Part shown: positions 35,387 to 45,683 of the stretch, one piece after another | How positions within the stretch are numbered: the stretch's first letter is position 1 | Layout: every line of letters starts with the position of its first letter | DNA from: Chitinophagaceae bacterium | GTDB lineage: Bacteria; Bacteroidota; Bacteroidia; Chitinophagales; Chitinophagaceae | DNA: 64,000 nt | Reading direction: 5' to 3' | NCBI GenBank assembly: GCA_028288595.1 | Contig: JAQBNK010000033.1 | Span: 26 to 64,025 of the forward strand | Notes under the pieces: generated by a model | What the model saw: the letters and a program-made list of their open reading frames with translations, nothing else | Database searches by the model: none | Told to the model about the DNA's origin: nothing | Program-made: the position numbers and the translations under genes

Positions 35387-35436
35387 TCTTAATAATAAGC
35401 AAAACTTAAACATTCTACACCAGCTAATACTTTTTT

Positions 35437-37854
35437 ATGATTAGAAACTACTTCAAAACCGCCCTCAGGAATTTGAGCCGCCACAAAGGCTTCGCCATCA
35501 TTAATATTGCCAGTCTTACAATTGGCATAATCGGTTGTATGGCCATTGGTTTATTTGTGTGGGATGAATGGCAATTTGATAAAAGCATTGCCGGGGGAGA
35601 AAATGTTTACCGCATTTATGAAGAAAGAAAAGATAATAATACCGTTACATTCAATGCGCCTATTGCGCCGGCATTCGCAACTTTTTTAAAGCGACAGTAT
35701 CCTGAGGTTGATGAGACCGCGAGGATCATGATGTCGGGTGATAAATTCCTGATGGAAACTGGTGCCAAAAAAGGTTATGAAGAAAAAGGCTGGATCGTAG
35801 ACTCCACTTTCTTCCGCGTGTTTCCATTGAAGTTCCTTAAAGGCGATATTAATACAGCGCTTAATGCACCTTCTTCTATTGTTATTTCTGAGGAACTGGC
35901 AAAAAAATATTTCGGTAATGAAAACCCGATCGGTAAAGTATTGAAGATCGATAAAGGAGACCTGATGGTAAAAGGCGTATTAGCTAAACTGCCTGATCAT
36001 TTTCACCTGAACTTTAATTACCTGATGCCTATGTCGGCTGCCGGCCTTCCGAAAGCAAGAATGGAAAAATGGACATGGCAACAGTTTTTTACTTATGCAA
36101 AATTAAAGCCAGGCGCTAATGCACAGCTATTGCAAAACAAACTGCAGGCGTATGTTAAAAAAGAAATTTATCCAACATTCGAAGGTGCAAAATACCTGCC
36201 TTTCTTTCAGCATCTGTATGACATCCATCTTAAATCTGCAGACTTCATTTATGATAATGCAATCCGCGGAAATGAAACCTATGTGAAAGCATTAACGATC
36301 ATCGCATTGTTTGTGCTCATTATTGCCTGTTTTAATTTTATCAATCTCGCAACCGCGAGGTCATTCAGGAGAGCTAAAGAGATTGGTGTACGAAAAGTAG
36401 TGGGGGCAGACCGCAGGCAGTTAGTTTTTCAATTCATTGGTGAAACTGTTTTTCTTGCAGTTATTTCCATGATCATCGCAACAATAGCCACGGTTTTCAT
36501 TGTTCCGGCATTAAATAATTTTACAGATAAATCAATTGAATTCAATCCTGTTACTCACCCGCTTTTGGGATTATTTATTTTAGCAGCTGGCGTGGTCATC
36601 GGTATGCTGGCAGGTATTTATCCTGCTTTGGTGCTCTCTGGTTTTCAGCCGATCAAAGTTTTAAAAAGTATGAAACCGACTGGAGGCGGCGCAGGTAATG
36701 CGTGGTTGAGGCAGGCACTCGTAGTAATGCAATTTGCACTCTCTGCATTACTTATTGTTTCTACCATGATCGTTTACAAGCAAACAAAATATTTAAATAA
36801 TAAAGATCTTGGTTTCAACAAAGAACAAATTCTTTACTTCCAGATAAGAGGTGATGTGGAGAAAAACCTGGAGACATTTAAATCAGAGCTTAAGCGTTCA
36901 CCAAATGTGGTATCAGTCACTTCCGGTTATGGATTGCCGGGAGACCAGTTTGCCGGTGATGGCGTGAAGGTGCCGGGCAAAAATGACAATAAAGAATTTC
37001 CTTCCAGTGTATTTATCGGTGATTATGATTATATAAAAACGCTGGGTCTCAGAATTATTGCCGGAAGAGATTTCTCAAAAGATATGGCTACCGATGAGAG
37101 ACAAGCTTTTATTATTAATGAAACCGCAGTAAAAGAATTTGGTTTAGGTTCTGCGCAAAAAGCGATTGGTCAGCCGATTAGCTGGAACGAATGGGTGCCG
37201 AAAGACACAGCACATCCTGTAAAAGAAGGAAGGATCATCGGTGTGGTTCAGGACTTTCATTATAAGAGCCTGCATGAGAAAGTGAGCGCTTCCGTCATCC
37301 AGATCTATCCGCAGGTGGCCTTTAAAGTTGCTGTGAAATTGAAGACTGCTGACATGAAAGGCACAATCGCATTCATCAATAATATATGGAATAAATTTTC
37401 CCCTGGTTACCCGCTCGATTACAAGTTCATGGATGACAGCTATGGCAAAATGTATAAGAATGAAGAAAAGCTGAGTGATCTTCTTTGGATTTTCGCTTTA
37501 ATGGCCATCATCGTAGGATGCATGGGTCTCTTTGGTTTAGCGGCATTCAGCGCTGAGCAACGCACCAAAGAAATAGGAATAAGAAAAGTATTAGGCGCTA
37601 ACGTATTCAATATTGTCGCATTGCTTTCCAAAAACTTCCTCAAGCTCGTTTTAATTGCATCCATCATTGCTTTTCCGGTTGCATGGTGGGCTATGAATAA
37701 CTGGCTCGCAGATTTTCCATACAGGGTTAATATCAGCTGGTGGATTTTTGCAGTGGCCACGATTGTTGCTTTACTGATTGCATTGTTAACAGTTAGTTTC
37801 CAATCGATAAAAGCCGCAACAGCTAACCCCGTGAGAAGTTTGAGAACGGAGTGA
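35437..37854 (+). CDS. duplicated MacB/FtsX-type ABC permease, paralogue 9
   Basis: 805 aa. MIRNYFKTALRNL; NLATARSFRRAKEIGVRKVVGA; EQRTKEIGIRKVLGAN; C-terminus ATANPVRSLRTE*. Confidence 0.92.
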   Translation: MIRNYFKTALRNLSRHKGFAIINIASLTIGIIGCMAIGLFVWDEWQFDKSIAGGENVYRIYEERKDNNTVTFNAPIAPAFATFLKRQYPEVDETARIMMSGDKFLMETGAKKGYEEKGWIVDSTFFRVFPLKFLKGDINTALNAPSSIVISEELAKKYFGNENPIGKVLKIDKGDLMVKGVLAKLPDHFHLNFNYLMPMSAAGLPKARMEKWTWQQFFTYAKLKPGANAQLLQNKLQAYVKKEIYPTFEGAKYLPFFQHLYDIHLKSADFIYDNAIRGNETYVKALTIIALFVLIIACFNFINLATARSFRRAKEIGVRKVVGADRRQLVFQFIGETVFLAVISMIIATIATVFIVPALNNFTDKSIEFNPVTHPLLGLFILAAGVVIGMLAGIYPALVLSGFQPIKVLKSMKPTGGGAGNAWLRQALVVMQFALSALLIVSTMIVYKQTKYLNNKDLGFNKEQILYFQIRGDVEKNLETFKSELKRSPNVVSVTSGYGLPGDQFAGDGVKVPGKNDNKEFPSSVFIGDYDYIKTLGLRIIAGRDFSKDMATDERQAFIINETAVKEFGLGSAQKAIGQPISWNEWVPKDTAHPVKEGRIIGVVQDFHYKSLHEKVSASVIQIYPQVAFKVAVKLKTADMKGTIAFINNIWNKFSPGYPLDYKFMDDSYGKMYKNEEKLSDLLWIFALMAIIVGCMGLFGLAAFSAEQRTKEIGIRKVLGANVFNIVALLSKNFLKLVLIASIIAFPVAWWAMNNWLADFPYRVNISWWIFAVATIVALLIALLTVSFQSIKAATANPVRSLRTE

Positions 37855-37965
37855 GGAGTGATGAGTAATGAGTTGACAAGTTTTTTTGAGCCCGGCTGTA
37901 GAATATAATTGATCGTCCCTTGGTGATGGGTCAGCGGACAGAACGCCGGGTCAAAAAAGTAAAAA

Positions 37966-38016
37966 GTCAAAATTAAAAATTCAAAAGCACCGCCCTTTTG
38001 ACTTTTGAATTTTGAC
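37966..38016 (+). repeat. AT-rich 22-bp (20/22) hairpin built from t(t/c)(a/c)aaaa heptamers
   Basis: gtcaaaattaaaaattcaaaag (37966-37987), loop caccgcc, cttttgacttttgaattttgac (37995-38016). It ends 27 nt before the paralogue 10 start. Confidence 0.8.
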
Positions 38017-38043
38017 TTATCACCATACACAAAACCTGCTCTT

Positions 38044-40455
38044 ATGATAAAAAATTATTTCAAAACTGCTTTCAGAAATTTGAAGCGCAATAAGACTTAT
38101 GCATTTATTAATGCGATGGGATTAGCAGTGGGTATTGCAGCCTGCTTTTTAATATTCTTAGTTGTGCGGTTTGAAACAAGTTTCGATAATTATCATGCGA
38201 AGGGAAAGAGTATTTACCGGGTAGGTACAGCGTTTCACAACCAGGATGGTATTTCGTATTCTGAGGGTGTTTCATTTCCCGTTGCGAAAACATTACGATT
38301 AGATTTCCCGCAGATAAAACAAGTGGCTTCTCTTTACCGAAACAACGGGCAGATCACCGCACTGAACGGAAATGTGGAAATAAAGAAATTAAATGAACAT
38401 CATTTCTATTATGCAGAGCCGCAGTTTTTCAGCATGTTTGATTTTAAATGGTTAGCCGGCAATGCAAGAACATCTTTAAACAATCCCAATAATGCTGTGC
38501 TTACACAGGCAACTGCAGAAAAATTCTTTGGTAGCTGGAAAGCTGCACTGGGCAAGACGATCAAGTATGAGAATAAAGACCTTTATACGATTACAGGTAT
38601 CTTAAAAAATCCGCCGCCCAATACTGATTTCCCTTTAAGTATTGTAGTTCCTTACAGCGCCCTGCAGCATACTTATATCAAGAATAATCTCAATGATTGG
38701 GTGAGTACTTTCGGTGGCGCTTCTACGTTTGTCGTGCTTCCGCCGGAGCTTCCTGTTACAAAATTCAATGCGCTTCTAACGTCATTTGCTAAAAAACACA
38801 AGCCAGTCGAGTATGCTAAAGACGGATACGTTGCACAGCCATTATCAGAGATCCATTTTGATGAACGATTCGGTAATTACAGGAATCATACATTTAGTCA
38901 TTCACTGATTAATGCCTTATCACTCATCGGAATTTTTCTCATCGTTATTGCATGTGTCAATTTTATCAACCTCGCCACAGCACAGGCGGTGAACCGTTCC
39001 AAAGAAGTGGGTATAAGAAAAGTTTTAGGAAGTAAGCGTTCTCAACTCGCATGGCAATTTTTAGGTGAGACTGCGTTGATAGTAACTATTGCACTGGCCG
39101 CCGCAATTATTATTGCTGAATCGGCGCTCCCTTTCTTAAATAGTTTACTTGAAGTAGAAATAAAAATGAACTTCTTTACCGACCCTTCATTAATTCTCTT
39201 CGTGGTTTGCATGGCGGTATCTGTTACGATATTATCAGGGCTTTACCCTGCCATTATTTTATCAGGCTTTAGCCCGATCACAGCGCTGAAGAGCAGGGTA
39301 ACCTCGAAAATGGTGGGTGGAATTTCTTTGAGAAGAGGATTGGTGATACTTCAATTTTCGATAGCTCATGTACTGATCATCGGTATGCTGATCGTGGTGA
39401 GCCAAATGAATTTTTTTACTAACGCTTCACTTGGATTTACCAAAGCGGCGATCGTGAATGTACCCGTTCCGGGCGATAGCATTACCCATTCGAAGCTCGA
39501 TTACATGCGTGACCAGTTCAGGGCAAATCCAGATATCCAGGATGTGAGTTTTAGTTATGCAAGTCCATCATCAGCAAACAATAACTGGAGCAGCGATTTT
39601 AAATTTGATCACTCTCCAAAAAGTACTGACTTCAGCGCTGCACTGAAATGGGCGGATCCAAATTACTTTAAAACGTTTGACCTGAAGTTTGTTGCAGGAA
39701 GACCATATTTCTTAAGTGATACAATAAAAGAATTTGTGGTGAATGAAACGCTCATTCATAAATTGGGCATCACCGATCCAAAGCAGGCCATTGGCAAACA
39801 GATCAACTTCTGGGACGGTGGTAAAATAGGAAACATTGTTGGGGTGATAAGAGATTTCAACTCCTACTCTTTACGGGAACCCATGGCACCTGTAGTACTG
39901 AGCACATGGAAAGATGTGTACCAGACGATCAACATCAAAATAAAACCCGGCAGTGAAAAAGCTGTTCTTCCATTTATTGAAAAATTATGGACAAGCAGTT
40001 TCCCTGATTATGTATATGAATATAAATTCCTCGATGAAACTATCGAAAACTTTTATAAACAGGAAGAGCAACTATCACAGTTGTATAAAATTTTTGCAGG
40101 GATTGCGATTTTTATCAGTTGCTTAGGACTATACGGACTTGTTTCTTTTATGGCCGTTCAGCGAACAAAAGAAGTGGGTATAAGAAAAGTGTTGGGTGCT
40201 TCTGTTTCAAATATTATTTATCTGCTATCAAAAGAATTCTCACTGCTGATCATTATCGCGTTTATCATTGCAGCGCCTGTTGCCTATTTTATCATGCATA
40301 AATGGCTGCAGAATTATACTTACCGCATACATCTTGGTGCCATGATCTTTATAGTGGCACTTGGCAGTTCTGTTATTATCGCATGGATCACGGCAGGGCA
40401 CAGGGCGTTACAAGCTGCGAAAGCAAATCCCGTGAAGAGTCTTCGGACGGAATGA
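38044..40455 (+). CDS. duplicated MacB/FtsX-type ABC permease, paralogue 10 (subfamily with paralogue 4)
   Basis: 803 aa from ATG 38044. MIKNYFKTAFRNL; NLATAQAVNRSKEVGIRKVLGS; GGISLRRGLVILQFSIAHVLIIG; VQRTKEVGIRKVLGAS; C-terminus AKANPVKSLRTE*. Confidence 0.92.
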   Translation: MIKNYFKTAFRNLKRNKTYAFINAMGLAVGIAACFLIFLVVRFETSFDNYHAKGKSIYRVGTAFHNQDGISYSEGVSFPVAKTLRLDFPQIKQVASLYRNNGQITALNGNVEIKKLNEHHFYYAEPQFFSMFDFKWLAGNARTSLNNPNNAVLTQATAEKFFGSWKAALGKTIKYENKDLYTITGILKNPPPNTDFPLSIVVPYSALQHTYIKNNLNDWVSTFGGASTFVVLPPELPVTKFNALLTSFAKKHKPVEYAKDGYVAQPLSEIHFDERFGNYRNHTFSHSLINALSLIGIFLIVIACVNFINLATAQAVNRSKEVGIRKVLGSKRSQLAWQFLGETALIVTIALAAAIIIAESALPFLNSLLEVEIKMNFFTDPSLILFVVCMAVSVTILSGLYPAIILSGFSPITALKSRVTSKMVGGISLRRGLVILQFSIAHVLIIGMLIVVSQMNFFTNASLGFTKAAIVNVPVPGDSITHSKLDYMRDQFRANPDIQDVSFSYASPSSANNNWSSDFKFDHSPKSTDFSAALKWADPNYFKTFDLKFVAGRPYFLSDTIKEFVVNETLIHKLGITDPKQAIGKQINFWDGGKIGNIVGVIRDFNSYSLREPMAPVVLSTWKDVYQTINIKIKPGSEKAVLPFIEKLWTSSFPDYVYEYKFLDETIENFYKQEEQLSQLYKIFAGIAIFISCLGLYGLVSFMAVQRTKEVGIRKVLGASVSNIIYLLSKEFSLLIIIAFIIAAPVAYFIMHKWLQNYTYRIHLGAMIFIVALGSSVIIAWITAGHRALQAAKANPVKSLRTE

Positions 40456-40478
40456 GGAATGAGTAATGAGGAATGAGG
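40451..40478. repeat. four phased heptamers aatgagg aatgagt aatgagg aatgagg; the first contains the gene's own stop codon
   Basis: Read directly; the stop TGA at 40453-40455 is part of unit 1. Confidence 0.9.
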
Positions 40479-40558
40479 GAATGCAAGCTGCAAATTGACC
40501 ATTGAAAATTGAGCATTGAGCATTTAAAATAAATTGGTGAAATAAATTTCAGCGGGGC

Positions 40559-40585
40559 TGTGTATCAAAAACGTACACCTGTTGT
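40559..40585. promoter_or_regulatory. conserved palindromic element, copy B
   Basis: tgtgtatcaaaaacgtacacctgttgt. It matches copy A in 25/27 positions, and similarity continues for about 18 more nt. It lies in the 235-nt gap before paralogue 11, 132 nt upstream of ATG 40691. Confidence 0.55.
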
Positions 40586-40690
40586 ACGGAAACGAACGAA
40601 CCTGTATATATTATTGATCATAAATGGCTGTTTTTCAATAATATACAAACAGGCATCATTTATTCATATACAAAGAAAAATTCCTGCTTC

Positions 40691-43147
40691 ATGCTCACCA
40701 ACTACCTGAAGATCGCCTGGCGCAACTTAATGAAGAACAAGATTTTTTCTTTCATCAACATTTTCGGATTAACGGTTGGACTCACCTGTTGTATGCTGAT
40801 CTCGTTGTATTTAAAATATGAGACCAGTTATGATACGCATCATAAAGATGTAAGCAGGCTTTACCAGCTAGGAACCATTTTTATTAAGAGCGGGCAAAAA
40901 GAAGATAAAAGCGCCAACACTCCTGCGCCAATGGCCGAAGGATTGAAAAATGAATTTCCGGAAATCGAACAATCCACCAGGATACTGGGACTTTTTGGCG
41001 AAGACAAAACTTTGTTTCAAAGAGACATGGGTAAGGGAGAAAAGAAATCATTTTATGAATCGAAAGGTTATGTGACCGAGCCCACATTTTTTAAATTATT
41101 CAATTACGATTTTATTGAAGGAAATGCGACCACCGCCTTGCATGAACCCAACAGCATTGTTATCAGCCAGGAAATAGCGCAGAAATTATTTGATAAAGAA
41201 TCTGCGCTTAACCAGCGCATCCATATCAGCAGTAATACGAATGGTGATAGAGATTATTTGATCTCCGGTGTATTTAAACCTTCCGTTACTCCTTCTCACC
41301 TGCCTGCAAGATTTTTTATGAGCATTAAAGGTGGCGACATGGAAGGTTATATTAAAAATCATGGGAATGATTTTGCCAGCAATAACATGTTCTACACCTA
41401 CCTGAAGCTAAGGCCCGATGCAGATGCTAAAAAGCTGGAAGCGAAGTTTCCCTCCTTCATGAAAAAATATGCCGCTGAGGATCTGAAGAAAATGGGGTTT
41501 GATAAAAAACAATTTTTAATACCTGTAAAAGATATTCATTTATCCTCTGATGTTCCCCGTAATGCAACACCACCTGCAAGCAGAACTTACTTATACATTT
41601 TAGCTTCGATCGCGGTATTTACTTTACTGATCGCTTGCATCAACTTTATGAATCTTGCCACTGCGAGATCATCCAAACGTTCTACAGAAGTAGGCGTTAG
41701 AAAAGTATTGGGAGCGAAAAAAAATATTCTCATCTGGCAATTTATCGGAGAATCACTTTTAATGTCGGTACTGGCTTTTATGCTGGCCATAGTACTAACT
41801 GCTGTCCTGCTCCCGCTTTTTAATAAAGCATCGGGCCGGGAATTAAATATTTCGCAGTTAACCAATGGATGGCTCGTTGCCGGGTTTTTTGCATTAGCCA
41901 TATTAACAGGTTTACTCGCCGGCAGTTATCCTGCTTTTTATTTATCATCCTTTAAACCTGCAAGTGTATTAAAAGGGAAGTTCCAGAATTCATTAGCGGC
42001 AGTAAGTCTTAGAAAAGGCCTGGTTGTTTTCCAGTTTATTATTTCAGTTGTGTTGATCACTGCGGCTGTTATCATTTCCAGGCAAATGCAATACCTGCGT
42101 AAAGCGGATCTTGGATTTGCAAAGGAACAGCAGGTAATTATTCCATTACGCAGTGGCAATGCGAAGAACATGTACCAGGCATTCTCTACCCAGGTGAGGA
42201 ATGATCCGCAGGTTGCATCTGTAGGCGCATCGCTTTATTACCCTGGCATTTTTAACCCGGCTGATAATGGTTTTTATAAAGCGGGGCAAACCATGAATGA
42301 TGCAAAACGCACAAGAATGAATTGGGTGGATGTTGACTTTCTTAAAACATTAGGTGTCCAGGTTTTGGCCGGACGCTTATTTTCTGAAAAATTTCCTTCA
42401 GATACTTCTTTCAGGGTTGTGCTGAATGAAAAAGCAGTAAAAGATATAGGTCTCGGTACGGCACAAAAAGCGGTTGGACAAAAAGTATTCTTTGACTGGC
42501 AGGGAAAAAATTATGGATTTGAGATCATTGGTGTAGTAAAAGATTTTCATTTTGAAGACCTGCATTTACCTATTACTCCTTATGCGTTTCAACTGAACAC
42601 AGGCAATGGTTATAATTATTTGATGGTTCATGCAAAACAAGGAAATGTGCAACCATTGTTAGACCGCATGAAAATCTTGTGGCACAAGTATAATTCAGAT
42701 GAACCGTTTGAATATAGTTTCCTCGATGAAGACTTCCAGAGAAATTATGTAGCCGAAGACAGGCTGGCTTCGATCGTAAATTATTTTACACTGATCGCAA
42801 TTGTGATCTCCTGCCTCGGGTTATTTGGTTTGGCAACATTCAGTGCAGAACAACGCATTAAAGAAATTGGAGTAAGAAAAGTTTTAGGAGCAAGTGTATC
42901 CAGCATCGTTACTCTATTATCTAAAGACTTTCTGAAACTCGTAATCGTCGCAGTGGTTATTGCTTGTCCACTTGCATGGTGGGCGATGAATAAATGGCTG
43001 GAGGATTTCGCCTATAGAACAAATATTAGCTGGACGGTATTTGCAATAACAGCTTTAATAGCGGTAGTGATTGCATTATTGACAATCAGCTTCCAGGCAA
43101 TAAAAGCCGCGACTGCAAACCCTGTAAAGAGTTTAAGAACTGAATAA
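40691..43147 (+). CDS. duplicated MacB/FtsX-type ABC permease, paralogue 11
   Basis: 818 aa. MLTNYLKIAWRNL; NLATARSSKRSTEVGVRKVLGA; EQRIKEIGVRKVLGAS; C-terminus ATANPVKSLRTE*. Confidence 0.92.
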   Translation: MLTNYLKIAWRNLMKNKIFSFINIFGLTVGLTCCMLISLYLKYETSYDTHHKDVSRLYQLGTIFIKSGQKEDKSANTPAPMAEGLKNEFPEIEQSTRILGLFGEDKTLFQRDMGKGEKKSFYESKGYVTEPTFFKLFNYDFIEGNATTALHEPNSIVISQEIAQKLFDKESALNQRIHISSNTNGDRDYLISGVFKPSVTPSHLPARFFMSIKGGDMEGYIKNHGNDFASNNMFYTYLKLRPDADAKKLEAKFPSFMKKYAAEDLKKMGFDKKQFLIPVKDIHLSSDVPRNATPPASRTYLYILASIAVFTLLIACINFMNLATARSSKRSTEVGVRKVLGAKKNILIWQFIGESLLMSVLAFMLAIVLTAVLLPLFNKASGRELNISQLTNGWLVAGFFALAILTGLLAGSYPAFYLSSFKPASVLKGKFQNSLAAVSLRKGLVVFQFIISVVLITAAVIISRQMQYLRKADLGFAKEQQVIIPLRSGNAKNMYQAFSTQVRNDPQVASVGASLYYPGIFNPADNGFYKAGQTMNDAKRTRMNWVDVDFLKTLGVQVLAGRLFSEKFPSDTSFRVVLNEKAVKDIGLGTAQKAVGQKVFFDWQGKNYGFEIIGVVKDFHFEDLHLPITPYAFQLNTGNGYNYLMVHAKQGNVQPLLDRMKILWHKYNSDEPFEYSFLDEDFQRNYVAEDRLASIVNYFTLIAIVISCLGLFGLATFSAEQRIKEIGVRKVLGASVSSIVTLLSKDFLKLVIVAVVIACPLAWWAMNKWLEDFAYRTNISWTVFAITALIAVVIALLTISFQAIKAATANPVKSLRTE

Positions 43148-43215
43148 AAGAGCAAACAACTTGCAAGGTTGTCGACTCTACAATATAAAATCAGGAAACA
43201 CCAAAAACTACAACC

Positions 43216-45609
43216 ATGTTTACTAACTACTTTAAGATCGCATGGCGCTATTTATTAAAGACCAAGTTATATGCGCTGGTAAATATTCTGGGCCTTGCGC
43301 TTGGAATGACAAGCTGCCTGCTGATCGGTATCTACATTTTTAATGAACTGAGTTTCGATCATTTTAATAAGAATGCAAACAGGATAGTTCGTGCAACGAT
43401 GGATTATAATTCCGGCGATGCACCGAATACCACAGCAATGACCGGAACTAAGGTTGGACCGCAATTCAAAAGAACGTTTCCGCAGGTAGAAGCTTATGTA
43501 CGTACTATAAAGTACCCAAGAGTAATTGGTTATAAGGATAAAGTTTTCGATGAGAAACGGTTTCTCTATGCAGACCCTGCGTTTTTTAATGTCTTCTCAT
43601 TTAAACTGCTGAATGGTAATGCTGCAACAGTATTGGATGCGCCTGATAAAATAGTGCTGACACAATCCATGTCGAAGAAATATTTTGGTGATGAAAATCC
43701 CATAGGAAAAACGGTGACGGTGGGAATCAAACAATTGATTGTTTCAGGTATTGCAGCGGATGCTCCGAATAATTCACAGATCAAATTTGACTTTGTAAGT
43801 TCTTTTATGGGGTTTAGCTCAGCTAAAGAAGAAAAATGGTGGGAAGCGAATTATATCACTTATCTCCTGTTGCATAACGCCAGCGATATTCCTGTACTGC
43901 AAAAGCAGGTGGCCGGTTATATGAAAACAGTAAGCAGGGATGAATTGAAAATGACAGGTGCTAACAATTATCTTACTTATCATTTAGAGCCTTTTTTGAA
44001 AGTTCATTTGTATTCTTCGCTTGAAGGATTAGAGCCTAACAATAATATTTTATACATCTATATTTTGGGCATCGTTGCAATTTTAATTTTACTGATCGCC
44101 TGCGTGAATTATACGAACCTGAGTACCGCACAGGCCGCGGGCAGAAGCGCAGAAGTAGGCATGCGTAAGGTAATGGGTGCAGGAAAAATGCAGGTGTTTT
44201 ACCAGTTTATCTGTGAATCATTTTTGCTTACCCTCATTGCAGTTATCACCGGTGTTGTTCTTTCATTGATACTGCTCCCTTATTTTAATCAACTCTCAGG
44301 ACAGGAACTTACAACGGGTGTATTGTTTCATCCCGTGACTATCATTTCCTTATTACTACTTGCCATTATTGTCGCATTTATGGCAGGCGCTTATCCTGCA
44401 ATCGTTCTTTCGAATGGAAAGATTATACAGGTGTTAAAAAGCGGCTTCAATTTTACAGGCGGAAGTACCTTGAGAAAAACCCTGATCGTATTCCAGTTTA
44501 CGATTTCTATTTTTCTCATCATTGCAACGATTGTAATTCTGCAACAACTTTCATATGTGAGAAATAAGGACCTCGGTTATGATAAAGAGCACATACTTGT
44601 TCTTCCCGTGGACAGGAAGATGAGCCCTGATTATGACGCTATAAGAGCAGCCATCGCATCAGCACCTAATGTTGTTTCTGTGGCCGGAGCTTATGAAACA
44701 CCCACTGATATTGGCTGGGGGGATGGTATGCACAAGGGCACCGGTGATAATGAAAAAAGTGTAACGGTAAATGCATTTCCTGTTGATGAACATATTGTAA
44801 AAACACTGGGGCTTAGAATTATCGCGGGAAGTGATTATACAAATGCAGATGTGCAACAATTCGATACAAGTAACGGCGGTGAAAACCTTCACTATACTTA
44901 TATGCTGAATGAATCTGCTGTTAAAGCATTAGGCTGGACGCCGCAGGAAGCAATTGGCAAAACGATCACAAAAGGAAGAAGTGGGGTAGTTAAAGCAGTG
45001 ATCAAAGATTTTCATTTACATTCTTTTCATGAGCCCATCAATCCGCTCGTCGTATTTCTTGATAAGAGAATGGTACTCTCCATGTTTGTTAAGATATCAG
45101 GGAAAGATGTGCAGTCGACCCTGAATAGTCTTCAAAAAGTTTGGAAACAGCGGGTAACACATCGCCCTTTCGATTATCATTTTTTAGATGAAGAATATGA
45201 TGCGATGTACAAAACAGAACAACGCACTGCAGGTGTTTTCACCACGTTCGCCTCTCTTGCCATTCTGCTTGCATGTCTCGGGCTATTTGCACTCACGGCT
45301 TATACAATGGTACAGCGCACTAAAGAGATCGGCATAAGGAAAGTATTGGGGGCAACTATCCCTGATATTCTTTCCTTGGTGTCGAAAGACTTTTTGAAAC
45401 TTGTAATTCTTGCCCTGGTAATTGCTGTTCCTGTTGGATACTATGCAACCAATAAGTGGCTCGACAACTTTAGCTATAAAATAAGTATCACTCCATGGGT
45501 TTTTATAATTGCAGGGCTCGCAACTATAATTATTGCTTTTATAACGATCAGCGCACAGGCTATAAAAACAGCGATGGCTAACCCGGTGAAGAGCTTGAGA
45601 ACGGAATGA
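43216..45609 (+). CDS. duplicated MacB/FtsX-type ABC permease, paralogue 12
   Basis: 797 aa. MFTNYFKIAWRYL; NLSTAQAAGRSAEVGMRKVMGA; VQRTKEIGIRKVLGAT; C-terminus AMANPVKSLRTE*. Confidence 0.92.
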   Translation: MFTNYFKIAWRYLLKTKLYALVNILGLALGMTSCLLIGIYIFNELSFDHFNKNANRIVRATMDYNSGDAPNTTAMTGTKVGPQFKRTFPQVEAYVRTIKYPRVIGYKDKVFDEKRFLYADPAFFNVFSFKLLNGNAATVLDAPDKIVLTQSMSKKYFGDENPIGKTVTVGIKQLIVSGIAADAPNNSQIKFDFVSSFMGFSSAKEEKWWEANYITYLLLHNASDIPVLQKQVAGYMKTVSRDELKMTGANNYLTYHLEPFLKVHLYSSLEGLEPNNNILYIYILGIVAILILLIACVNYTNLSTAQAAGRSAEVGMRKVMGAGKMQVFYQFICESFLLTLIAVITGVVLSLILLPYFNQLSGQELTTGVLFHPVTIISLLLLAIIVAFMAGAYPAIVLSNGKIIQVLKSGFNFTGGSTLRKTLIVFQFTISIFLIIATIVILQQLSYVRNKDLGYDKEHILVLPVDRKMSPDYDAIRAAIASAPNVVSVAGAYETPTDIGWGDGMHKGTGDNEKSVTVNAFPVDEHIVKTLGLRIIAGSDYTNADVQQFDTSNGGENLHYTYMLNESAVKALGWTPQEAIGKTITKGRSGVVKAVIKDFHLHSFHEPINPLVVFLDKRMVLSMFVKISGKDVQSTLNSLQKVWKQRVTHRPFDYHFLDEEYDAMYKTEQRTAGVFTTFASLAILLACLGLFALTAYTMVQRTKEIGIRKVLGATIPDILSLVSKDFLKLVILALVIAVPVGYYATNKWLDNFSYKISITPWVFIIAGLATIIIAFITISAQAIKTAMANPVKSLRTE

Positions 45610-45612
45610 AAA

Positions 45613-45646
45613 TAATTTGACAATTCGGCAATTTGAAAATTTGAAA
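45613..45646. repeat. left copy of the direct repeat bracketing the DUF4097 gene
   Basis: taatttgacaattcggcaatt + tgaaaatttgaaa. The 21-mer is identical to 46725-46745, and the 18-mer caatttgaaaatttgaaa is identical to 46757-46774. Confidence 0.9.
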
Positions 45647-45683
45647 ATTAATACACAGACATACAACTCTAAAACAAAACAAT

